Assembly (NCBI RefSeq): GCF_018977255.1
Contig: NW_024704742.1
Span: 117,678,001 to 117,742,000 of the forward strand
DNA length: 64,000 nt
Direction: 5' to 3'
DNA from: Callorhinchus milii
Taxonomy: Eukaryota
Shown here piece by piece: positions 1-11,600 of the stretch. Each line of letters opens with the position of its first letter. Position 1 is the stretch's first letter. A program made the translations under genes and the position numbers. Under the pieces are notes generated by a model. That model made no database searches and was not told the origin of the DNA. It saw nothing but the letters and a program-made list of their open reading frames with translations.

Positions 1-111
1 AAAAAAACCCTTCCCTGGACCTATCCCTGCTTTCTAACTAACAGCTCATCTCCAACCTCCCTTTTCTTTCCAAGGTCCTTGAAAGAGTTGTTGCTTCCCA
101 GCTCGCTCATT

Positions 112-428
112 GGAGTCCTGTAGCTCAGTGGTTAGAGCACTTGCCTTGCAAGCGAGACACCTGGGTTCAATACCAGGCAGGGCAAAACTTGGGCAAGTTT
201 CCTTACTCCACACGCCTAGTAATAATCCCTCCAAAACAAAACAATAATAAATTGGTCATTTTCAATCCACGACTGTTTGTGGAACACTGCTGTGTGCAAT
301 TGGCTGCTGTGTTTCGCCCACAAATATACGGTCAATTCACTTTACAGTATATTCTGTGAAGCGCTTTGAGACGTCTAGAAGATGTGAAAAGTGCTATATC
401 TAATGCAAGGATTATTATTATTATTATT
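112..428 (+). mobile_element. tRNA(Ala-like)-derived SINE with Deu-like core and L2-like (ATT)n tail
   Basis: A box TAGCTCAGTGG, B box GGTTCAATACC; core gctgtgtgcaattggctg; tail tgcaaggattattatt; many copies in the window. Confidence 0.9.
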
Positions 429-1590
429 CCTCTCCAACCACTTCATGAGCCTCTCCAATCGGGTTTCCATGCTGCTCACAGCGCGGAAACTGCTCTAGTC
501 AAGGTGACAAACGACATCCTGTCCATCTGTGACCAGGGCTCCCTCTGCCTCCTCATCCTCCTCGACCTCTTTGCTGCTTTCGATACTGTAGATCACTCCA
601 TCCTCCTCCACTGCCTCTCCTCTCACCTCAACCTGCAAGGTTCTGTCCCTGAATAGTTCAGGTCTTATCTCTCACACCATCTCCAATTTGTCTCCGCCGA
701 CAGTTTCTCTTCCAGCCCCCACACAGTCTCATGCAGGGTTCCTCAGGGCTCTGACCTCGGTCCCCTTCTCTTCAACCTCTACGTGCTCCCCCTTGGTGAC
801 ATCATCCGCAGACATGGGGTCAACTTCCACATGGATGCGGATGAAACCCAACTCTATTTCTCTGCCTCCACCCTCGATTCAGGACAACTGACGTCCTGAC
901 AGACTGTCTGTCAGACTTCAAGTCCTGGATGAGAGCAAACTTTCTACAGCTGAATGTCAGCAAGACCAAGGCCCTTGTGATTAGCTCGCACCAGCTCCTC
1001 AGCGCCTCAGGCACTGGCAGCACCACCATCCATGGATGTATCTTCCACCTCACCAAGCCAGTCAGGAACCTGGCCATTTTGTTCGATCCTCAACTGTCCT
1101 TTCTCGCCGTGACCCGCTCTGCCTTCCCCCACCTCCGCAACATTGCCCGACTCCTCCACTGCCTCACCCCTCATGCCGCCGAAACCCTCATACGCACATT
1201 CATCACCTCAAAGCTCAACTACGGAAACTCCCTCCTTGTCGGCCTCCCCAACTCTTCCCTCCACAAGCTGCAGGTCATCCAGAACTCTGCAACTCGTGTC
1301 CTCTCACACCCCGCTCCATGATCCCATCACCCTCACCAGGCTCTGTGACCCCATCACCCCCACCCTCACCCAGCTCCACTGGCTCCCCATCCCTCAGAGG
1401 ATAGAATTAAAAATCCTCGTCCACACTTTCAAGGCCCTTCGCAGCCTCACCCCGCCTAACTCATTGACCTGCTGACCCCCTATCACCTGTCCGCTCCCTC
1501 TGTTCAGCAGGCTCCAGACTGCTCCATGTCTCCCGCCTGACCTGCCCTACCATCAGTGTCTGGCCTTCAGCCTCTATGCCCCCACCCTTT

Positions 1591-4500
1591 TGTTGAAATA
1601 TACGGGCTATCACCTCAGGATACATTGGTATATTTCAAACAGCAACTGAACGTTCCAGGAGGTTTGATAGTTAAATTGTTAAAAGTAACTTTGGTGACGG
1701 GTTGAGGTTAGCTTCTGATTACATTTCATATTTTCCTGGATAGATGTTCACTCCTCTGAGATAATGAGCAGTCGGGTCCTCGAGCAAAGATGTAAGAACA
1801 ATGGGCCACAGAAAGGAAAGGCTGCAGCCTCAGACACCTGCCGATCTCAAGGCTGAGAAATAAGCAGGTTGCGGAAGGCTGCCCAGAAGTTGTCCATATC
1901 TCCTTGCAAAGCAGGCCGTGAAGGGTGGGGGCTATCCCTGTGACAAGGGGAGGTGGAGTTAGAAACACATAAAAGAAAGATGTAACTTTGAAATAGTTGT
2001 GTAGAGGATTAGCGCACTTCCCAGTGGAATCAATATTGATCCTACTGTATCTGTGTATATGTACAGGGATGAGGGAATTTACCTCCTGTAAGAAAGTGAC
2101 CATTAAAAGTGAAAGAGAAGGAGCAGTGAGTAATATGATTCTGATTCTGTCCGTTACCTGATATATCTATAAGGGATACAGTGTAGCTGATTTGTCTGTT
2201 CAAACGTTAATGAAACCTATATTTGAAAGTTATGTGGTGTCAAGTAAAATTACCTACAAATTGGTAAGGAGAGTGTGCATTCCGAGTCGTTGATCAGGAT
2301 GGGAGCCCATAGGGTAAACCACTCTAAAATACCTGGACGAAAATTACAAATTTACGGTGGTCGGAGTATAAGGTTTAAACAGGCAGACCAGTCTGGTCAG
2401 AGGAAAATTGTTGGTAGAGGCGAGCATTAGAAAGTTAGAAAACATTGTGCGTAAAGTAATGGTAAATGAATAAGGGTTTAGGAAAAAACAGACCAATACT
2501 GGTCGATCTTTATGTTGAAAAGATTGGAAAAGCCGTGCTGTCTGAAGGGCTTGAGGGAATGTACGGATCAATGGAGCACCATTCCGATCTGTTTCAAGGT
2601 GCAGTCGAATGGTTAGATGAAATGCCAGGGCTGGAAAAGTGACGATCGATAAGGTTATGAGATACGCTATATATTCCGCGATGAAGATCAATTTAGCTAC
2701 GGTGCAGAGGTTGCAATAGCAGCTTCAGGAGGAGGCGGTCAGGCTGGAATTAGAAAGGCAGGGAAGGAAAAATGATCCAGAATATTACGGCAAGCAAACG
2801 AAAAAGCTGGAATCAGAAAGGCTGGAAATTGTGGATGGTCTGAGAGCTCGGGTCAGCGAGTCGAGCGGGATGGTCGGCACGCAGCAAGGTGTCGTAAATC
2901 TAGTAACACAGCATGGGTTAGAAAACATAGCCAAGGCTCGGCAATGCAGGGAGTTAGAAAATCAAGTTAAACTCCTCTAGTAGAAATTGTCAGACGCTAG
3001 GGGAGCATTACGAGAAGAGATAAGCAGGAGAGGGACAAGTATGAAAGAGAACCATCAGGAGTGCCAGCGGCAGATTAGCAAATTAAAGATAGAGTTGGGA
3101 TTCCGACAGACTCGGGTAGAGGCAGTCCAGTGCCTGCCAGCCGATCAGGAGTTGGCAATGGGAGAAAAGGAGTTGAGCAATGATGATGTGGATTGGGATT
3201 GACTGAGTGATGAAGCTGCTAGTTATGGGGAAGGTGACCCTTATGATCCTATGGTTAAAAAACAGTCAGGTGGTAGTGATAACCCAAAGTGGTGTGCATA
3301 ATGCCCAAGGAGATGTGGTCCATCAGACCACCACATCAGTTCCCCTTAAACGTGGGGACCGTCAGGCTCTGGTGACCGCATTTGGCCCAATCACTACGGG
3401 ACAGCATCCCCTAGCTTTCCGTCGAGATTTAAGTACCTTTGTCCATTTGCCGTGCTGAGTTAGAGACAGAGAAAAGGATTCTGTTATGGGCAATGGTGCC
3501 AGAACTACAAGTGAGATTGCCAGTAAATTTGTTTCTTCGCACCACTACCTTCCAGGCACTTAAAGAGGGAATCAAAGTATTGAGTCTCGTATTGGGGGGA
3601 ATGAATGTGACGAAATAATTGAATGAGGTCTGTCAGGATTTTAGAGAACACCCCCTAACCTTTGATAGGAGGCTAATGGAATTATACAAAATGTCCTAAC
3701 ATGATCCGTTTCTCTCTGGACAGGAAAACCATGATGTAGAACCCTACAGACAGCTGTTTTTAATCAAATTACATTCTCGGGTTAAAACAGCGCTGGGAAT
3801 AGCGGCCACTAGTCATACGGCTTGGGGCGAACTAATTAAGGTGGTTACTCAAGCCTGGAATAATCACTGTATGAACTTTCATGGTGATGACCCCCAGGGT
3901 AAAGAAATTAAAAAGGAAGTTTGCTTTGTAGAAGAGTCGGACCTCCCAGACCAAATTCCCGGGGCCTGCCAACTCCGAATCAAAATTGGGAATCCGGACG
4001 AGGAAATGAGGGAAGAGATAGAGGTGGGGCGGGGAGGGCGCCACATCACCAGGACCCGATCAGGGCTCATTTTATAATTGCAGATGAGCGGGACATTGGA
4101 CCCAACAATGCCCCCAGGGTCGCGGGTTCCGCCGTAATCAACCTCCCCAATACTCCTCGGCTAACAACTCCAGATCATCGTTTACCAATGAACAGCTAAA
4201 GGAGTTGAGAGCAATTTTTAAAGGCGAACAGAGCAAACCAGGTTCGACCCCACAGGTCAGCCAAATCAGTCAGGTCTCAGCTTCTGCTCCTCCCCTCCCC
4301 TCGGATTCCCAATGACGGGATGCAGCCTCCCTTGCGCACCCACCCCATGCATTTCCCATTTCATCGAGACCCTTCTATCAGGTCCTGAACAATCAACCCT
4401 ACGTGAGAACCTGTGGTGAATGGAGGCCCACCGCAACTGATGTTGGTCAACTCAGAATCAAGTGTCACTATTCAACATTCGGAACAGCCTTCCCAATTTC

Positions 4501-4891
4501 CCCACGTAACTGCGCCACTCTCTGCAGGAGTTTGATGGAACCGCTCAGTACGACGTGCAATTAACCCGTTGTCTCTTTTCTTTCCCCCAATACGATTTAT
4601 CAGTTGTGGAGCCCATCGCTATGTCCATGCCCACCAAGCATGGTATAATGGGTTCTGATATATTATTAAACCATACCATCACAATTGATTATGTAAACCA
4701 GTGACTTTGGACGCACAACCCGTTAGGAAGTGGATTGACGGAATACCCCATTGAAATTTGGGATTCCCACTCTGTTCACAATTAAAAAGGCTAAAATACA
4801 CCCTCCGCTAAAACAGACCCTAACTCCCAGTTTGCCAAAATATTTAAGAGCCACATTAAGAGTAATGTGGTGTCAAATAAAATTACCTAAA
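1591..4891 (+). mobile_element. Degenerate LTR retroelement: 5' LTR 1591-2258, gag-like region, protease remnant, last ~31 bp of the 3' LTR
   Basis: TG...CA LTR followed by a TGGTA PBS-like site; 4-bp TSD CTTT (1587-1590 / 4892-4895); 4861-4891 matches 2228-2258; protease-like LVNSESSVTI and IMGSDILL. Confidence 0.85.
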
Positions 4892-5353
4892 CTTTGGAAC
4901 TCCATCCCACAATGCCTTTGCCTTGCTCCCTCCCTTGGCTAATTCAAGACACGACTCAAGACCCTCCTTTTTGACTGTGCCTTCAGTCACCCTCCTACCC
5001 TCTCTGCTCTCCCTCATCCCAACCCTGCCCCCCCACATGCTCAAGTTCTGATCTCTGATTGTTCAGGGCCTTGGGACATCCTTCTGACGTGAAAAGCGCT
5101 TTACAAACATAATTTTGTTGTTGTTTCCATTATACCTGTAGAAGACAAAGCTTGTAAGCATAAGCTCATGGAATATTATATATCCAATAGAGTACTGCAG
5201 ATTGTTTTTCTGAAATGTTTGCTGACACATTCTTAAAGCGTTGAGGATCAATGAGATTTTAAAGTTTTGAGGTTCAATTTGTCGTCACCAAATGCCATAA
5301 AACATCTTTGAGTCAGATCCTTGAAATTTGATTTTTGTACTGTTTCCTCAAAG

Positions 5354-5681
5354 GATACTGAAGCTGAAGTAAAGAAAGCTTCAAGTAATGGCACTTCCCA
5401 GGATCAAGGAGAAGAGAATGTTGTATTGTCAGAGGAGTCCATAAAAAGACGAAAGAGAGTAAAAGTGGAGGATGTCAATCTGGATTGGGCCAAATCTGAA
5501 TTTAGTCCTAGTGCTGACACAAATATCCAGGATGGCACAGACGAGGATTCAGAAGCTTGGGAAGAGGACAGTGAGCCAGAGGAAGGTGAAATAACAGATT
5601 CTGACAAGTGTGGGGATTCTGTTGATGAGGAGATGGATAAAGAGTTCAGTGAAGAAGATGAAGAGAGTGAGAAAGAAGAAG
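5354..5681 (+). CDS. AGGF1: AGGF1 exon, acidic region (DTEAEVKK...[11 protein letters not shown]...EKEE)
   Basis: Acceptor tcctcaaag|, donor G|gtgagt; EEGEITDS motif; 3' phase 1 matches the next exon. Confidence 0.85.
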
Positions 5682-8600
5682 GTGAGTTGCAGTTTACTGT
5701 AAATGGAACTATATTGAGAAAAAATATTTGGATTTGTGTGAAATTCAGAGCATAATTTGTACCTTCAACAGAATGTGTTGTGTGTCTACGATGTGGGCTT
5801 CATGTGCCTCCTTGCCCTAGATCTCCCTGCCGCCTTCACTGTTAACCATCCATTCTTCTCTGTTATCTTTCCTCACTCTGCTTTTCCACATCTGCATGCT
5901 GCTATTTACACATCTGCAGGCATACGGTTCTGGTTCACATGTATGGGGATATACTAGACCTCATTTTTGTATAGGATGTGTCTCTTCCATTCGCACATTA
6001 TTTAGGACCCAATGCCTTTATTTCTACATTATTTGAGACCTGTCTCCTTTACGTCTACCTTTCTTGGAACCTGTCTCAATTTTAAGGCAGTTGTGTTCAC
6101 ATTTTATGGACAGGGAAGATCTTTTGTGTATATATCCTGAAGCAAGTCAATTTAGTTTAACAGGGCACAGCTTTAGACAAACTGAGTGATATCTGGAGCC
6201 ATCCTGCGAGGGAAAGCATAGTATTGGCAAATATGTAGCCTGTACAACAACAACAACAAGATTGCATTTATAGAGCGCCTTTCACATCGGGAGGACATCC
6301 CAAGGCGCTGGACAGTTGGGTTGGGACCCGAGCAGGGGGGGAAATGGTCAGGATGAGGGGAGGGAAGGGAGGGAGCGAGGAGGGGGTAGAGAGTCAAGAG
6401 GGGAAGTGAAGGCACGGTTGAAGAGAAAGGTCTTGAGACCGGCCTTGAAGGAGGAAAGGGAGGAAGCAAGGTGAAGGCACTTGGGGATGGAGTTCCAGAG
6501 CCTAGGGGCTGAGAGGCTGAAGGCCTGGCCACCGATGGTAGGGTGGTTAAGGCGGGGGGTGTGGCGGAGACCGGAGCCAGAGGAACGGAGGGTACGGGCA
6601 GGTAAGTAGAGGGATAGTAGGTCAGAGAGGTAGGAGGGAGCAAGGTCATGAATGGCCTTGTAGGTGAGGATGAGGATCTTGAATTCGATCCTCTGGGGGA
6701 TGGGGACCCAGTGCAGGCGAGCGAGGGTGGGAGTGATGTGGTCCCGAAGCCTGGTGCGGGACAGTACACGAGCTGCAGAGTTCTGAATGACCTGCAGCTT
6801 GTGGAGGGAGGTGCCGGGAAGGCCGACGAGGAGAGAGTTCCCATAGTCCAGCCTTGAGATGATAAAGGCGTGGACCAGTGTTTCAGCAGCGTGAGGGGTG
6901 AGGTAGTGCCGTAGTCTGGCGATGTTCCGGAGGTAGTGGAAGGCGGTGCCAATTGTGGCGCGGATGTGGGGAAGAAAGGACAGCTCAGGGTCGAGCAGAA
7001 CACCGAGGTTCCTGATTGGCTTTTCCAAGTTTGATCTGCTCCAGACCAGTCCAAATCATCTACAAATCATCTTTAAATGGAGTCACGCTGAGAATGTTGT
7101 GTTGTTTTTCTTATCAGTGAAGTCATCTGAGAAACCTAGCGCTGAGTCTCAGGTAATGTAGAATGCAAGAGAAAATACACTGACGCTTCTTTCTTCTATG
7201 GACAAGGTCATTAGTTTGGACAACATGTACTCGTTCTCGGCTGTTACCTTTTTTTAAAAAAAATCTCAAGTTTCAAGGATTGCTGAGACTTGCCTCCTGC
7301 TTCACCATGGTGCTCCAGTGGCACCACGTGGCAAAAAATGAACGTGTGTTTTCAGTTGCATTAATGTTCTTTGGGACTTCGGACTGGTTTGAGAGCAGAT
7401 CCAGATCTACCCAAACGTAGAAAAGCAGAGCTGATGAGCTTGCACCCTAAATCTGGAGGGGGTGGATCCTGTAGCTCAGTGATTAGAGCACTTGCCTCGC
7501 AAGGGAGAGACCTGGGTTCAATTCCTGGGCAGGTTTCCTTACTCCACACACCTTTGTTTCCCTAGCAGTAAGTAGGAACCCGGTTGTTAGTCGATTGGCG
7601 GATTGCGTTTTGTGATTTGTGCACAGCAATGTGTCACAACCAATTTTATTTTAAAGAAGAGTTCAAAATTTCTGTGTGAGTAACTTCAAATTGATTGTAT
7701 TGCATATTGCATATTGTATTGCAACACAACTGGTTATTCCCTGTTCACATTGCACATAACATACTCAATACTGTAAAAATGGGGCATTAAATTATTATAC
7801 AGCTATAGATAAGTTTTTAAAATCTGTTCCCAAGGATACTCAGTACAGGCACAGTGGGTTTCTATGGTGCTTGCTAACAAATCATAAATTTCAAATCTTG
7901 CACTCATATAAAGTTTTTCAGTCAGACAGGAATGCTGAGTTGAACAAAGGATGACAGCACTGTGAGGTTATTCTCCTAATGACAATCCTTCAATTTGATA
8001 TAGCTCCTTATCACGTCATTGAAAAGTCTCAAAACACTTCACATAATATATTGTAAAGTGGATGTACAGGTGCTAATGGGAGCCATGCAGGAAAAAATTT
8101 AATGGATTTAAATTTAAGGCTGCAGTAATTGTGGCTCCTTTTTTATATTGAATAAGAATCTTACCAAACATTTTTGTGTTATTTTATATAATAATTAATG
8201 CTCACTTTATATTACTTTCTCCTGCACAGGTCAGCCATGGCCTCCCTGTATCCGAGTGACAGTGGTGCGGTCACCAGTACTAACACCTGGTACACTGTTC
8301 ATCATCACTGCAGTGACGTCAGCTACAATTGGAAGGTAAAGATTGAATAGTGTATATATTAATTTATTTTGCATTAGTTGTACAATAGTGTGGGGATTAG
8401 TCATTGATCTTGTGTAATTCCACAACAGTATAACTGTCACAACAGCCAATAGCCAATACCCATTACTACAACAACAACAACAACTTGGATTTATATAGCA
8501 CCCTCCACACCGTATGGCGTCTCAGAGCTAATCCGAATAGAGCTAATACTAATCCTTAATAAATAATCCTTATATTTAGTCTAGTACCTTCCCCTCAGGA

Positions 8601-11600
8601 GGACGTATCAAAGTGCTTCACAGGATCTATGACTGTTTCTGTGGGCAAGCGTGGCAGCCAAATTACCCACAGCATTGTCCCACAAACAGCTATGAAACGA
8701 ATGACCAATTTTATTTGGGGGATTATTGCTAGGACATCGAGAGAAACTCCTCTTTTCGAACAGTGCCATGGGATCTTTAACATCCATCTGAACAGACAGA
8801 CAGGACCTTGGTTGAACTTCTCATCCAAGGGATAATGCAGTACACCCTCAGCCTAGATTCTATGAGTTCCAAGTCCCAATATGGATCTTGAACCCACAGC
8901 CTTTTAACTCAAGAAACAAGAATTCTATCAACTGAGCCAGGCTGACACACATTGTATTCTAATATTTATTTTCTGCACTATGATGAAATAGGAAAAGGTT
9001 GTTGAAAAAATATTCCTCAAAACATTCAGTATACAATCCGGTTTCTGTGTTTTATACTTTGTACTATCAAACGCCTGGATAGATCTAAGAGAAACTAGCA
9101 TTGCCATGAAAGATCATTAATGTGTTCTTTCTGCAACAGTAATATGTGCAGGTGGTGCTTTCCTCAACCCACTGTCCCCATTTACAATGCCAGAAACCTC
9201 ATGAGTAGTTCTGCATGGTGGAACACATAAGCAAGCGTAGCATTTTGACTGCCAAAATACACTATGGGGTTTTAATTAACAAACTGTATTGATACTAAAT
9301 GGCTCATTTTGGATTTTGCTGGCTTTTGGGAATTTCACTTCTTTATAGTACAAATTTGATTACAATAGGTACATTGTGGTTCATGAGGCTATTGATAGAT
9401 TACATGAAGCTATCCCATTTGTTTTTAACGTGATGGCCAGCTTTGCACTAAAATGGCTGACTTCTGTTCATCGGGTCATACTGACATCACTCCCCAGACT
9501 GTTGTCCTAGCAGAAACAAATAGGAAGCCAGCAATGACCTGATCACCTCGTAGTCGAACATTTTGTAGCAGGGAAATGGCTGTAGCAGGAGGCTCGCCAG
9601 CTGGCTGCAAACACGTGCAATGGAATTGGCCATTGCACCTCATTACAGGATCAAATCTGTTGTGCACAATTGGCTGCTGCATTTCGCCCACAAAATATAC
9701 AGTTAATTCATTTATTGTATATTCTGTGAAGCACATTGAGACATCTCAAAGATGTGATAATGCGCTATATCAAATGGGAGGATTATTATTATCTAAATCA
9801 TGGGTTGGGTTTTATTGATGTCAATATGGCTCCACTGTATCAAACTGAAGCTCAATTCAGCTTTGCAAATATTGTCAGGAAGAGCCTAGCCTAGAGTCTG
9901 TTGTGTCGTTAAGCAGTTTTGCTTACTGTATAGAATAGTAATCTTTCAATATATTAGCAAACATTAGTGGTTAGGTGTTTGAGCATTTATGTATGAGAAA
10001 TTGGTGACAAAAATAAAGAGCTTTGTTTGAGAGTTGTGTTTATTTTGTTAAGTATGGTTGTTTCCTTTACAGAGACAAAGATATGGATCATACCATCAGG
10101 TTACCAGAAATGGCAGTTAGTAAGGTTAGTTGCATGGGAATATTATAGCATAAAATTCAAAATATTTTTATTGAAATAAAGCTTAAGACAAATGTATGAT
10201 ATACCACTGTCTTGGTTTATTGCAAAAGGAAGCATAAGCCAGAGGCTTTAAGTCTGCCTTTTTAAGTAAAATCTATTAATTACAAAAATTTAATTCAGTT
10301 GAGTATAACATGAAGATAGTCAGTGGATCTTTGAATACACAATACAAAACAGTACACAAGGACGTGACAAAGCGATTGAATATAATGTAACCAGGCTCTA
10401 TAGATAGATTTTTAAGCCTCAAAGTTTGTAATGTATTTTCCCTCTTGTTTATGTTCCACCCATCATCAACTCAAATTGATCTGAGTAACATTCTGCTAAT
10501 GTTGCTCTTGATTTGAAAGACGAAAGGGGCATTAGAATGATCCAGTGATTTTTGCCCTCTGAATTTGTATCTCCTTCCATTCAAGAGGAAGCTAGACCGT
10601 CGAATGAGGTTGAGGGAATAGAAGAATATGGGAGGGTTCGAGATTTGTGTGGAGTACAAACAGCAGTACAAATTGCTTGAGCCTGTTTCCAAGCTGTACG
10701 TTCTGTGTAAATCTCGGTGTCTCAATGTACCATTGTGTAACTACCATTTGTCACAATGTGTTCATTGCTTATGGATTTTTTGTTTTCAAATTTAGTTGAT
10801 AAATTGAAAATTCAAAAATCACATTAAAAGTATTCATTGGGACTTTTTGATATGAAGAGAATCTTCCAGTGGGAACCATTGAGTGTACAAACTCTTTTAA
10901 CTGTGTGATACAACTGATACAGCCCAGGTTTAACCTTATGACTTGCAAGTTATGAAGACTTTTTGAATATTTGCTATTTAATAATATTGCTATAGTTGTT
11001 TTCCACACACATGCTTTTCAAGTATATGTATTTTGTATGAATGTTTCTCTTTGAATTTCCATTTTGACTAGTTTCATGCCGAGGTATACTTTGACCAAGA
11101 ACTGCAGCAATACGTGCTAGTTGATCAATGTAGCCAGAATGGGACTGTGCTTAATGGGACCCGGATCTTGACAGTAAGTGTGTTTGTTCTAATCAAACAG
11201 TAAGTTGCTTTATTACAATATAGGTGGATGGGATCGCCTTTCAGCTAAAGTGTAGAAATGTTGGTGTTTGGTGCATGCCCCTTGGCAACTGTGAGGACCA
11301 CAATGCCAATATCAGCTATTTGTTTTTATTGAACCCAATTGAAAGTAACGCACCAAAATGCCAAATACTGCAGATGCTGGAAATCTGAAACAGAAACAGA
11401 AGTCGCTGGGAACACTCAGCAGCTCAGGCAGCATCTATGGAGAAAGGAAAGTAAGTCAACGTTTTGGACCACAACACTTAGTCAGAACTGGGGCATGTTG
11501 GGAGGGAGAGGCTTTTAAGGGCTAACAAAGAGGGGGGAGGCAGGGCAAGGAAGACAAAGGAGAAAATGGGGTAGAGGACAGGGGATGATGGATTAAAGAG

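Larger units (their letters stand above)
1..5125 (+). mobile_element. L2-clade LINE 3' portion (RT and C-terminus), interrupted by a SINE (112-428) and an LTR element (1591-4891)
   Basis: [59 protein letters not shown] motifs; the L2 resumes at 4892 (ctttggaactccatcc) and ends in a (TTG)n tail. Confidence 0.9.

Noticed and set aside
112..185. tRNA-Ala-like sequences (also at 7464, 15949, 31599, 45290, 55306)
   Set aside because: They are SINE heads: no proper acceptor stem or Pol III terminator, and they continue into the SINE core and tail.
6173..7054. Long overlapping ORFs of 293 and 226 aa
   Set aside because: L2 ORF2 C-terminal fragment and its alternate frame, not a host gene. The same applies to ORFs at 929-1475, 57021-57716 and 58807-59663.
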